The position numbers and the translations under genes were made by a program. 32,000 bases of DNA from Neisseria lactamica (lineage in GTDB: Bacteria > Pseudomonadota > Gammaproteobacteria > Burkholderiales > Neisseriaceae). Under the pieces are notes generated by a model that saw only the letters and a program-made list of their open reading frames with translations, did not search any database and was not told the origin of the DNA. Location: NCBI RefSeq assembly GCF_901482445.1, contig NZ_LR590477.1:1315161-1347160 (forward strand), given 5' to 3'. Below are positions 1-8,796 of this stretch, one piece after another (position 1 is the first letter of the stretch; each line of letters starts with the position of its first letter).

Positions 1-602
1 GACAATGTGCGGCTGACGGTTTCGAGTTTCAGGCCGATATAGCTGCCGATTTCTTCGCGCGACATACGCAGGATGAAATCGTTGGCGGCAAAACCGCGCG
101 AATAAAGGCGTTGGGAAAGGTTTAACAGAAAGGCGGCAATCCGCTCTTCGGCACGCATATTGCCCAAAAGCAGCATTACCCCCTGGTCGCGCACGATTTC
201 GCGGCTCATCATACGGAAAAAGTGGGTACGCAGGCTGGGGATATTCTGACCGAGTTCTTCGATATGGGTAAACGGCAGCTCGCATACCTCGCTGTCTTCC
301 AAGGCGACCGCGTCGCAACTGTGCACGTGGGAACAGATGCCGTCCATACCGATGAGTTCGCCCGACATAAAGAAACCCGTTACCTGATCGCGTCCGTCCT
401 GACTGGCGACGGTTGTTTTGAAGAAACCCGAACGGATGGCAAAGAGCGAGGTAAAGGCTTCGCCGGCACGGAACAGGTATTCGCCTTTTTTCAGGCGGCG
501 GCTTTGGCGGATGACGGCATCGAGTTGGCTGAACTCGTTGGGCAGCAGCCCGACAGGCAGGCAGAGTTCCCTCAGGGAACAGGAAGAACACAGCGTTTTC
601 AT
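1..602 (-). CDS. fnr: FNR/CRP-family anaerobic transcriptional regulator, partial (C-terminus runs off the left window edge)
   Basis: Absent from the ORF track because there is no stop in the window. My reverse-strand translation from the ATG at 602..600 gives MKTLCSSCSLRELCLPVGLLPNEFSQLDAVIRQSRRLKKGEYLFRAGEAF...GELIGMDGICSHVHSCDAVALEDSEVCELPF...EEIGSYIGLKLETVSRTLS. It shows an FNR-type N-terminal Cys cluster, a cNMP-binding-like fold and the start of the C-terminal HTH. Confidence 0.85.
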   Translation of the reverse strand, partial: MKTLCSSCSLRELCLPVGLLPNEFSQLDAVIRQSRRLKKGEYLFRAGEAFTSLFAIRSGFFKTTVASQDGRDQVTGFFMSGELIGMDGICSHVHSCDAVALEDSEVCELPFTHIEELGQNIPSLRTHFFRMMSREIVRDQGVMLLLGNMRAEERIAAFLLNLSQRLYSRGFAANDFILRMSREEIGSYIGLKLETVSRTL

Positions 603-674
603 CTGATGTGTAGTATTATGCGGAGCCATACCGTACCTTTTTGTGCGTTTTGCCCCATCCCGATTGTGTATTTG

Positions 675-688
675 TTGACACATATCAA
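675..688. promoter_or_regulatory. FNR-type binding box TTGAC-ACAT-ATCAA in the fnr/hemN divergent intergenic region
   Basis: Near-perfect match to the FNR consensus TTGAT-N4-ATCAA (one mismatch). It lies about 80 bp from both the hemN ATG (764) and the fnr ATG (602). Confidence 0.55.
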
Positions 689-763
689 GACAGGTTTATC
701 ATACGGCGGCATTTTACCAAACTATCCAAAATTTGACGAACATCATAAAATCGAACACGCACC

Positions 764-2176
764 ATGAAAATTATACAGATACAGAACAATCACAATACCC
801 GTCCCGAGTTTGACCGCGAGCTGATTGCCGGCCTCCCGTCCAGCGGCCCGCGCTACACCTCCTACCCTACCGCAGACCGTTTCCACGGCGGTTTCCGCGA
901 AAAGGAATATCTTGAAGCCCTGCATTCGCGCGGCGCGGATGCGTCAAACAAACCGCTTTCCCTTTACATCCACATCCCCTTTTGCAATACCATCTGCTAC
1001 TACTGCGGCTGCAACAAAATCATTACCAAAGACAAGGGCCGCGCCGATGCCTATATCGAATATCTTGAAAAAGAAATGAAGCTGCTTGCCCCGCATTTGG
1101 GCGGGCGGCACCAGCTTGCCCAACTGCACTTCGGCGGCGGCACGCCGACTTTTTTGAGCGACAATCAGTTGGAACGCGTCTTTGAGATGATACGGAAATA
1201 TTTCCAACTGATTCCGGACGGGGAATACTCCATCGAAATCGACCCGCGCAAAGTCAGCCGGGAAACCGTCCTCAAACTGGGCAAACTCGGCTTCAACCGT
1301 ATGAGTGTGGGCATTCAGGATTTCGACCCCAAAGTGCAGGCGGCGGTCAACCGCATCCAAAGTTACGAAGAAACCAAAGAAGTCATCGATGCCGCCCGTG
1401 AGGCAGGGTTCAAATCCGTCAGCGTCGATTTGATTTACGGCCTGCCGTATCAGACTTCCGAAAGCATCAAAACCACCATCGATACTGTTTTGTCGCTCGA
1501 TCCCGACCGGCTCGCCCTTTATCACTACGCCCACCTGCCGCATGTTTTCAAACCGCAACGACGCATCGATACCGCCGCCGTTCCCGGCAGCGAGGAAAAA
1601 CTCGATATGCTGCAATACTGCGTCCAAACCCTGACCGAACGCGGCTACGTCTTCATCGGTATGGATCATTTTGCCAAGCCGGACGACGAATTGTCTGTCG
1701 CCCTCGAAAAAGGATTGCTGCAACGCAATTTCCAAGGTTATTCGACCTATGCGGATTGCGACCTGGTTGCCATCGGCGTGTCGTCCATCGGTAAAATCGG
1801 CAATACCTACTCCCAAAACGAACGCGACATCGATGCCTACTATGCCGCTATCGACGAAGGCAGACTGCCCGTTATGCGCGGTTATCAGCTCAATCAGGAC
1901 GATATCCTGCGCCGCAATATTATTCAGGATTTGATGTGCCGTTTCGCGCTCGACTACCGTGTTTACGAAGACATATCCGGCACTCCGTTCGACCGTTACT
2001 TCAAAGACGAACTCGCCGATTTGGAAAAACTTGCAGATTTGGGACTCGTCAGCCTGAACAAGCAGGGGCTGACCGTTACCCCGAAGGGTCGCTTCCTCAT
2101 CCGCAACATCGCTATGGTGTTCGACTACCACTTGCGCCACAAGAAAACCAAGGCGAAATATTCGCAAACGGTGTGA
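764..2176 (+). CDS. hemN: Oxygen-independent coproporphyrinogen III oxidase (radical SAM)
   Basis: 470-aa ORF with the radical-SAM motif CNTICYYCGC and HemN-like sequence throughout (GPRYTSYPTADRF, LHFGGGTPTFL, QRNFQGYS). Confidence 0.95.
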   Translation: MKIIQIQNNHNTRPEFDRELIAGLPSSGPRYTSYPTADRFHGGFREKEYLEALHSRGADASNKPLSLYIHIPFCNTICYYCGCNKIITKDKGRADAYIEYLEKEMKLLAPHLGGRHQLAQLHFGGGTPTFLSDNQLERVFEMIRKYFQLIPDGEYSIEIDPRKVSRETVLKLGKLGFNRMSVGIQDFDPKVQAAVNRIQSYEETKEVIDAAREAGFKSVSVDLIYGLPYQTSESIKTTIDTVLSLDPDRLALYHYAHLPHVFKPQRRIDTAAVPGSEEKLDMLQYCVQTLTERGYVFIGMDHFAKPDDELSVALEKGLLQRNFQGYSTYADCDLVAIGVSSIGKIGNTYSQNERDIDAYYAAIDEGRLPVMRGYQLNQDDILRRNIIQDLMCRFALDYRVYEDISGTPFDRYFKDELADLEKLADLGLVSLNKQGLTVTPKGRFLIRNIAMVFDYHLRHKKTKAKYSQTV

Positions 2177-2194
2177 CCGGTTTTCAACGTACCA

Positions 2195-2225
2195 ATGCCG
2201 TCTGAAAGGCTTTTTCAGACGGCAT
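2195..2225. terminator. DUS inverted-repeat hairpin (ATGCCGTCTGAA ... TTCAGACGGCAT) downstream of hemN
   Basis: Perfect 12-nt arms at 2195..2206 and 2214..2225, followed by TTTT. Confidence 0.6.
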
Positions 2226-2384
2226 TTTGCTGTCGGCAGGATAAGTGTTTTCAAGAACAGGCGGCGGCATATCATAACGTTCCGCACCTTTGTATCCGAC
2301 CGTTCCGAAACCAAGATACCAAACGGCATATCCCGACAGAACAGATTGTGCATAAGGCACAAGCCCGTACATTCCATCAACAAA

Positions 2385-2414
2385 ATGCCGTCTGAACACG
2401 GGTTCAGACGGCAT
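2385..2414. terminator. DUS inverted-repeat hairpin downstream of the minus-strand PiT gene
   Basis: Perfect 12-nt arms at 2385..2396 and 2403..2414, located 14 nt beyond the stop of the 2428..4002 gene. Confidence 0.55.
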
Positions 2415-2427
2415 CAGTATTTCACAA

Positions 2428-4002
2428 TCAGAACACTGCCTGCAAAACCAAATAACCGGCAACCGACAATACGGCGGCGGCAGGCAGGGTAATAACCCAC
2501 GCCAGACCGATGGGCTTCATCAGTTTCCAGTTGGCATTGCGGTTGACCAAACCGATGCCGAGTACCGCGCCGACCAAGATGTGCGTACTGGACACGGGCA
2601 GCCCCATCAGCGACGCGCCCATCACGACGGAGGCGGCGGACAGTTCGGCAGTAAATCCCGAAGCAGGATGCATTTCGGCCAAACTCGTACCGACGGTTTT
2701 AATCACCTCTTTACCGACAAACCACAAACCGACAATCAGCGCGATGCCGAAAGTCAGCATCGCAATCGGAGGAACGGCGCTTTGCGCGGCAACGCTGTTG
2801 GTACGCAAAACATCCATAATCGCGGCAAACGGGCCGATGGCGTTGGCGATATCGTTCGCACCGTGGCTGAATGCGAAGCCGCAGGCGGTAAAGACCTGCA
2901 TCCAAGAAAACATCTGAAAGGTCGATTTGCCCAAATCTTTACGCTTGAGGCTTTTGGCAAAAACAAACGTCCCCATCCACACCGCCGCGCCTATCATAAA
3001 GATGGTCAGGAAGCTGTTGACGTTGCTCATCCCCAGATGCAGGTTTTTCAAGCCCTTGAAAATCAGCATAGCGGAAATCATCATCGCGCCGAACGAAGCG
3101 ATAAAGGGAACCCAGGAATGCAACGCCTTGTAAGAATCGACATTGTCTTTGCGGTTGTCGAACACATACAGCCCGCGATAATACTCGGATTGCAGCTCTT
3201 GCGGATCGAATTCCGGCTCGTCGTAAATTTGCGCGTCGTGCGCCATTTTGGTGGCATATTCGATTTTTTCCGCTTCGGACAAACCCTCGAAAAACAGGCG
3301 GTGCTGTTCTTTATACGCCTTTTTTTCCTGCTTGATGCCTTTGAGCGTGCCTTCCGCCCAAGCATTGTAATCTAAGACATTTTTCTTGACGCGGGAAAAC
3401 AGGAAATAGGAAACCGCGCCGCCCAAAACGGGCGACAACACCCAAGACATTCCGATTTCGCCCAGCTTGCCCCACCGTATCAACGCCACCCCGTCGGCAT
3501 TATGCGTAAACGCCATACACAACGCACTGCCGACGATGCCGCCGATAATCGCGTGCGTCGTCGAAACCGGCAGACCTTTGCGGGACGCGAACAACAGCCA
3601 CAATGCCGCCGCCAAAAGTGCGGACATCATAATAAACACAAACTGCATAGGCTCAAGATTCATACCGTTCAGATCGACGATGCCTTTGCGTATGGTATCG
3701 GTTACCTCGCCGCCCGCGATGACCGCGCCGCTGACCTCAAACACCGCCGCAATCAGCAAGGCCTGCGGGATGGTCAGCGTGCCGGAACCGACGCTGGTAC
3801 CGAAAGAGTTGGCAATATCGTTGCCGCCGACGTTGAACGCCATAAACACGCCGAACATGGTGGCGATGATGAAAAGCACGCTGTTCGTGTAGTGGGTGTA
3901 ACCCAAACCCCAATAGATAAAATAGCCGACTATGCCTACCAGCATGGCGGCAAAGACGGCGTTAATCAGTTTCAAGTTCGCACTCATTTGAGTTTGAGCC
4001 AT
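2428..4002 (-). CDS. Inorganic phosphate transporter, PiT (PHO4) family
   Basis: Polytopic membrane protein carrying both PiT signature repeats (GGNDIANSFGTSVG and HGANDIANAIGP). I place the start at MAQTQMSANL (ATG 4002), which follows AAGGAA. The track ORF extends to 4074. Confidence 0.85.
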   Translation of the reverse strand: MAQTQMSANLKLINAVFAAMLVGIVGYFIYWGLGYTHYTNSVLFIIATMFGVFMAFNVGGNDIANSFGTSVGSGTLTIPQALLIAAVFEVSGAVIAGGEVTDTIRKGIVDLNGMNLEPMQFVFIMMSALLAAALWLLFASRKGLPVSTTHAIIGGIVGSALCMAFTHNADGVALIRWGKLGEIGMSWVLSPVLGGAVSYFLFSRVKKNVLDYNAWAEGTLKGIKQEKKAYKEQHRLFFEGLSEAEKIEYATKMAHDAQIYDEPEFDPQELQSEYYRGLYVFDNRKDNVDSYKALHSWVPFIASFGAMMISAMLIFKGLKNLHLGMSNVNSFLTIFMIGAAVWMGTFVFAKSLKRKDLGKSTFQMFSWMQVFTACGFAFSHGANDIANAIGPFAAIMDVLRTNSVAAQSAVPPIAMLTFGIALIVGLWFVGKEVIKTVGTSLAEMHPASGFTAELSAASVVMGASLMGLPVSSTHILVGAVLGIGLVNRNANWKLMKPIGLAWVITLPAAAVLSVAGYLVLQAVF

Positions 4003-4152
4003 GGAAGATTCCTTAGTGGATACAGAAAGGGTTTTCGCGGATATTGTAACCTTTTGCAATCCGTCTTGAAACATTTATTTACACTGCGGCGGCAAATCGG
4101 TATACGAGCGTCAATACACGTTAAAATGGCGTTTTACACTGGTTCGGGAGTG

Positions 4153-5256
4153 ATGATGGAAACTCAGCTTTACATCGGCATCATGTCGGGAACAAGCATG
4201 GACGGGGCGGATGCCGTACTGATACGGATGGACGGCGGCAAATGGCTGGGCGCGGAAGGGCACGCCTTTACCCCCTACCCTGACCGGTTGCGCCGCAAAT
4301 TGCTGGATTTGCAGGACACAGGCGCAGACGAACTGCACCGCAGCAGGATGTTGTCGCAAGAACTCAGCCGCCTGTACGCGCAAACCGTCGCCGAACTGCT
4401 GTGCAGTCAAAACCTCGCACTGTGCGACATTACCGCCCTCGGCTGCCACGGGCAAACCGTCCGACACGCGCCGGAACACGGTTACAGCGTACAGCTTGCC
4501 GATTTGCCGCTGCTGGCGGAACTGACGCGGATTTTTACCGTCGGCGACTTCCGCAGCCGCGACCTTGCCGCCGGCGGACAAGGCGCGCCGCTCGTCCCCG
4601 CCTTTCACGAAGCCCTGTTCCGCGACGACAAAGAAACACGCGCGGTGCTGAACATCGGCGGGATTGCCAACATCAGCGTACTCCCGCCCGACGCACCCGC
4701 CTTCGGCTTCGACACAGGGCCTGGCAATATGCTGATGGACGCATGGACGCAGGCACACTGGCAGCTGCCTTACGACAAAAACGGTGCAAAGGCGGCACAA
4801 GGCAACATATTGCCGCACCTGCTCGACAGGCTGCTCGCCCACCCGTATTTCGCACAACCCCACCCCAAAAGCACGGGGCGCGAACTGTTTGCCCTAAATT
4901 GGCTCGAAACCTACCTTGGCGGCGGTGAAAACCGATACGACGTATTGCGGACGCTTTCCCGTTTTACCGCGCAAACCGTTTGCGACGCCGTCTCACACGC
5001 AGCGGCAGATGCCCGTCAAATGTATATTTGCGGCGGCGGCATCCGCAATCCTGTTTTAATGGCGGATTTGGCAGACTGTTTCGGCACACACGTTTCCCTG
5101 CACAGCACCGCCGAACTGAACCTCGATCCGCAATGGGTGGAAGCCGCCGCATTTGCGTGGTTGGCGGCGTGTTGGGTCAACCGCATCCCCGATAGTCCGC
5201 ACAAAGCAACCGGCGCGGCAAAACCGTGTATTCTGGGCGCGGGATATTATTATTGA
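4153..5256 (+). CDS. anmK: Anhydro-N-acetylmuramic acid kinase
   Basis: MMETQLYIGIMSGTSMDGADAVL... is the typical AnmK N-terminus, and the sequence is AnmK-like to the end. GGGAG lies just upstream of the ATG ATG at 4153/4156. The track ORF's 5' extension (3502..4152) is antisense to the PiT gene. Confidence 0.9.
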   Translation: MMETQLYIGIMSGTSMDGADAVLIRMDGGKWLGAEGHAFTPYPDRLRRKLLDLQDTGADELHRSRMLSQELSRLYAQTVAELLCSQNLALCDITALGCHGQTVRHAPEHGYSVQLADLPLLAELTRIFTVGDFRSRDLAAGGQGAPLVPAFHEALFRDDKETRAVLNIGGIANISVLPPDAPAFGFDTGPGNMLMDAWTQAHWQLPYDKNGAKAAQGNILPHLLDRLLAHPYFAQPHPKSTGRELFALNWLETYLGGGENRYDVLRTLSRFTAQTVCDAVSHAAADARQMYICGGGIRNPVLMADLADCFGTHVSLHSTAELNLDPQWVEAAAFAWLAACWVNRIPDSPHKATGAAKPCILGAGYYY

Positions 5257-5262
5257 GCGCAA

Positions 5263-5300
5263 ATGCCGTCTGAAAGACCGTTCCGCCGTTCAGACGGCAT
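5263..5300. terminator. DUS inverted-repeat hairpin downstream of anmK
   Basis: Arms at 5263..5274 and 5289..5300, followed by a T-run. It is part of a 42-bp sequence repeated exactly at 5825..5866. Confidence 0.6.
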
Positions 5301-5370
5301 TTTTGATACAAAGCAGGTAACTAAAAGGAACGTTTGACGGCAAAGAAGAAACTAAAATAAAGGATTACAC

Positions 5371-5817
5371 TTGGCATCATCAAGATACCGGATGTATCGG
5401 CTGGAAAGCGATGAACACAAGAAGATAATTATGTGGAAAATTTATAAAGAAAATAGCACCGACTTAAATTTTGCCCTAGGCAGTATATATTGCCAAGCAA
5501 TCAATATTACCGAATTTAAAATGTGGGTCGAAAAAATCATAAGGGAAATGGATTTAGATGAAATTCCAAATTATTTTTTTGATTTAACAGATCTTCAATC
5601 ACTATTCCATCTAATTGATATTATAGGATTTGTTCCCGAAAATAACTTATCAAAAAATCAGGATAATGCATTAACAGGCATTGCCTTCTTAAGGGGGATA
5701 GATGTCTATGACCCTCCCGTTTCAAAAGAAAAAGCATTAAAAGCCTTAAAGAAACATCCTGAAATTTATCAGAAGTTTCGACATTTCTTTCCGTTTGTAG
5801 AGCTGCCCCCGCTTTAA
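5371..5817 (+). CDS. AT-rich hypothetical protein, possibly an orphan immunity-type gene; start uncertain (TTG 5371, ATG 5392 or ATG 5431)
   Basis: Open frame of 148 codons in a strongly AT-rich block flanked by identical DUS hairpins. No signal peptide and no family I recognise. Confidence 0.45.
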   Translation: MASSRYRMYRLESDEHKKIIMWKIYKENSTDLNFALGSIYCQAINITEFKMWVEKIIREMDLDEIPNYFFDLTDLQSLFHLIDIIGFVPENNLSKNQDNALTGIAFLRGIDVYDPPVSKEKALKALKKHPEIYQKFRHFFPFVELPPL

Positions 5818-5826
5818 ACAGTCAAA

Positions 5827-5864
5827 ATGCCGTCTGAAAGACCGTTCCGCCGTTCAGACGGCAT
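5827..5864. terminator. DUS inverted-repeat hairpin (second copy of the 5263..5300 hairpin)
   Basis: Arms at 5827..5838 and 5853..5864, with loop sequence identical to the first copy. Confidence 0.55.
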
Positions 5865-5878
5865 TTCCGCCCCTTTTG

Positions 5879-5907
5879 TTTACAAAATCTTAAAATCCCT
5901 TTACACT
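5879..5907 (+). promoter_or_regulatory. Candidate sigma70 promoter for mafA-mafB (TTTACA-17 nt-TACACT)
   Basis: Hexamers at 5879..5884 and 5902..5907 with 17-nt spacing, about 33 nt upstream of the mafA ATG. This is pattern match only. Confidence 0.25.
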
Positions 5908-5939
5908 CAAAATCCGTTCAACATCAAACAAACCCCGCT

Positions 5940-6881
5940 ATGAAAATCCTGCTCCTCCTCATCCCTCTCGTCCTCGCCGCCTGCGGCACACTGACCGGTA
6001 TTCCCGCCCACGGCGGCGGCAAACGCTTTGCCGTCGAACAAGAACTCGTCGCCGCATCGTCCCGCGCCGCCGTCAAAGAAATGGATTTGTCCGCCCTGAA
6101 AGGACGCAAAGCCGCCCTTTACGTCTCCGTTATGGGCGACCAAGGTTCGGGCAACATAAGCGGCGGACGCTACTCTATCGACGCACTGATACGCGGCGGC
6201 TACCACAACAACCCCGACAGCAGCACCCAATACAGCTACCCCGCCTACGACACTACCGCCACCACCAAATCCGACGCGCTCTCCAGCGTAACCACTTCCA
6301 CATCGGTCTTAAACGCCCCCGCCGCCGCCCTGACGAAAAACAACGGGCGCAAAGGCGAACGCTCCGCCGGACTGTCCGTCAACGGTACGGGCGACTACCG
6401 CAACGAAACCCTGCTTGCCAATCCCCGCGACGTTTCCTTCCTGACCAACCTCATTCAAACCGTCTTCTACCTGCGCGGCATCGAGGTCGTACCGCCCGAA
6501 TACGCCGACACCGACGTATTCGTAACCGTCGACGTATTCGGCACCGTCCGCAGCCGTACCGAACTGCACCTCTACAACGCCGAAACCCTTAAAGCCCAAA
6601 CCAAGCTCGAATATTTCGCCGTCGACCGCGACAGCCGGAAACTGCTGATTGCCCCTAAAACCGCCGCCTACGAATCCCAATACCAAGAACAATACGCCCT
6701 CTGGATGGGACCTTACAGCGTCGGCAAAACCGTCAAAGCCTCAGACGGCCTGATGGTCGATTTCTCCGACATCACCCCCTACGGCGACACGACCGCCCAA
6801 AACCGTCCCGACTTCAAACAAAACAACGGTAAAAACCCCGATGTCGGTAACGAAGTCATCCGCCGCCGCAAAGGAGGATAA
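5940..6881 (+). CDS. mafA: MafA lipoprotein (maf locus, adhesin-family A)
   Basis: 313 aa with signal peptide and lipobox [15 protein letters not shown]|G. It sits directly upstream of mafB (3-nt gap), and an AGGAGG inside its 3' end serves mafB. I recognise the sequence as Neisseria MafA. Confidence 0.9.
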   Translation: MKILLLLIPLVLAACGTLTGIPAHGGGKRFAVEQELVAASSRAAVKEMDLSALKGRKAALYVSVMGDQGSGNISGGRYSIDALIRGGYHNNPDSSTQYSYPAYDTTATTKSDALSSVTTSTSVLNAPAAALTKNNGRKGERSAGLSVNGTGDYRNETLLANPRDVSFLTNLIQTVFYLRGIEVVPPEYADTDVFVTVDVFGTVRSRTELHLYNAETLKAQTKLEYFAVDRDSRKLLIAPKTAAYESQYQEQYALWMGPYSVGKTVKASDGLMVDFSDITPYGDTTAQNRPDFKQNNGKNPDVGNEVIRRRKGG

Positions 6882-6884
6882 ACC

Positions 6885-8288
6885 GTGAAACCGCTGCGCA
6901 GACTGACAAACCTCCTTGCCGCCTGCGCCGTAGCGGCGGCCGCACTCATACAGCCCGCCCTCGCCGCAGAATTGGCGCAAGACCCGTTCATTACCGATAA
7001 CGCCCAACGGCAGCACTACGAACCCGGAGGCAAATACCACCTCTTCGGCGACCCGCGCGGCAGCGTCTCCGACCGCACCGGCAAAATCAATATCATCCAA
7101 GACTATACCCACCGGATGGGCAACCTGCTCATCCAACAGGCGGCAATCCAAGGCAATCTTGGTTACACCGTCCGCTTTTCAGGACACGGATACGAAGAAC
7201 ACGCCCCCTTCGACAACCACGCCGCCGACAGCGCAAGCGAAGAACAAGGCAACGTTGACGACGGCTTTACCGTATACCGGCTCAACTGGGAAGGACACGA
7301 ACACCATCCCGCCGATGCCTACGACGGGCCCAAAGGCAGCGACTATCCCGACCCCACGGGCGCAAGGGACGAATACACCTATCACGTCAACGGCACAGCC
7401 CGCAGTATCAAACTCAATCCGACCGACACCCGCAGCATCCGGCAACGCCTGTCCGACAACTACAACAATCTCGGCAGCAATTTCTCCGACCGCGCCGATG
7501 AAGCCAACAAAAAAATGTTCGAGCACAATGCCAAGCTCGACCGCTGGGGCAACAGCATGGAGTTTGTCAACGGTATTGCCGCCGGAGCGCTCAACCCCTT
7601 TATCAGCGCGGGCGAAGCCTTGGGCATAGGCGACATACTGTACGGAACGCGCTATGCCATAGACAAAGCCGCGATGCGCAACATCGCCCCCTTGCCCGCC
7701 GAGGGCAAATTCGCCGTCATCGGCGGCTTGGGCAGCGTGGCGGGCTTTGAAAAGAATACGCGCGAAGCCGTTGACCGGTGGATACAGGAAAACCCCAATG
7801 CCGCCGAAACCGTCGAAGCCGTCTTCAACGTTGCCGCCGCCGCCAAAGCCGCGAAGTTGGCAAAGGCGGCAAAACCGGGGAAAGCTGCGGTTAGCGGGGA
7901 TTTTGCTGATTCTTATAAAAAGAAATTGGCTTTGTCTGATAGTGCGAGACAGTTATATCAAAATGCAAAGTATAGAGAAGCTCTAGATATACATTATGAA
8001 GATTTAATTAGAAGAAAAACTGGTGGTTCATCAAAATTTATTAACGGTAGAGAAATTGACGCTGTCACGAATGATGCTTTAATACAAGCCAAAAGAACAA
8101 TTTCAGCAATAGATAAACCTAAAAATTTCTTAAATCAAAAAAATAGAAAGCAAATTAAAGCAACCATCGAAGCAGCAAACCAACAGGGAAAACGTGCAGA
8201 ATTTTGGTTTAAATACGGTGTTCATTCACAAGTTAAGTCATATATTGAATCAAAAGGCGGCATTGTTAAAACAGGTTTAGGAGATTAA
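6885..8288 (+). CDS. mafB: MafB polymorphic toxin, class 1 (VSGDF motif), with an AT-rich C-terminal toxin domain
   Basis: GTG start 6 nt after the AGGAGG-containing stretch. Sec signal peptide MKPLRRLTNLLAACAVAAAALIQPALA|AE. GC-rich conserved N-terminal region ends in KAAKLAKAAKPGKAAVSGDF (VSGDF codons at 7890..7904). About 127 aa of AT-rich variable C-terminus follow. Confidence 0.9.
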   Translation: MKPLRRLTNLLAACAVAAAALIQPALAAELAQDPFITDNAQRQHYEPGGKYHLFGDPRGSVSDRTGKINIIQDYTHRMGNLLIQQAAIQGNLGYTVRFSGHGYEEHAPFDNHAADSASEEQGNVDDGFTVYRLNWEGHEHHPADAYDGPKGSDYPDPTGARDEYTYHVNGTARSIKLNPTDTRSIRQRLSDNYNNLGSNFSDRADEANKKMFEHNAKLDRWGNSMEFVNGIAAGALNPFISAGEALGIGDILYGTRYAIDKAAMRNIAPLPAEGKFAVIGGLGSVAGFEKNTREAVDRWIQENPNAAETVEAVFNVAAAAKAAKLAKAAKPGKAAVSGDFADSYKKKLALSDSARQLYQNAKYREALDIHYEDLIRRKTGGSSKFINGREIDAVTNDALIQAKRTISAIDKPKNFLNQKNRKQIKATIEAANQQGKRAEFWFKYGVHSQVKSYIESKGGIVKTGLGD

Positions 8289-8290
8289 AC

Positions 8291-8650
8291 ATGGCATCAT
8301 ATGTTTCCATAAAAGGATGGATTGAATGCTCTGACGATGATATAAAAATCATCCAAGAAAACATTAATAATTTTTGGAATAATTGTCCCTTTAATATCGA
8401 AGAGAAAGAATCTGCAAAAATATATAAAAGCGGGTGGGTTTTCCCGACAAATAGTTTTAATTGGAGCAGCTATATTTTTTTTGGTGCATGCGTAAAATCT
8501 TATTTCATGATTTATTTTGAAAAATGTATTAAAACAATAATGGAATTGGATATTGAAATATCAGGTTTTTTTGAATTAGATTATTATGAAGATGGTTATA
8601 AAGTAAATTGGAAAATAAATAATGGCAATTTAATACAAACAACTGATTAA
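8291..8650 (+). CDS. mafI: Putative cognate immunity protein of the expressed MafB toxin (MafI)
   Basis: 119-aa cytoplasmic-looking protein starting 2 nt after the mafB stop, preceded by AGGAG. Very AT-rich: I counted 13/60 G+C in 8341..8400. Confidence 0.7.
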   Translation: MASYVSIKGWIECSDDDIKIIQENINNFWNNCPFNIEEKESAKIYKSGWVFPTNSFNWSSYIFFGACVKSYFMIYFEKCIKTIMELDIEISGFFELDYYEDGYKVNWKINNGNLIQTTD

Positions 8651-8796
8651 ATGGACAAATATAAGTTAGATTGGACACCTAAACCTAGAAATTGCCTGAA
8701 ACTCAATTTGGTTTTCAGACAACCTTTTCCCGTATCGGCAGACTATGAATTTACAGCTATCGGGAAATTGAGGATAGAGAAAATTCCATACGCTAA

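Noticed and set aside
222-767. 181-aa plus-strand ORF at the left edge
   Set aside because: It is antisense to the clearly recognisable fnr gene (1..602, minus).
944-2383. 479-aa minus-strand ORF spanning hemN
   Set aside because: It is antisense to an unambiguous hemN. The Arg/Val/Phe-rich sequence has no recognisable motifs and is a typical shadow ORF of a GC-rich gene.
2184-2462. Small ORFs beginning MPSE.../MPV... around DUS hairpins (also seen at 13441, 16675, 18482, 23602 and 25637)
   Set aside because: ATGCCGTCTGAA translates as MPSE, so every DUS creates a false ATG start. These ORFs simply read through terminator hairpins.
3502-4152. 5' extension of the anmK ORF (584 aa in the track)
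   Set aside because: It lies antisense to the PiT transporter gene and has Arg-rich junk composition. The AnmK homology begins at MMETQLYIGIMSGTS (4153).
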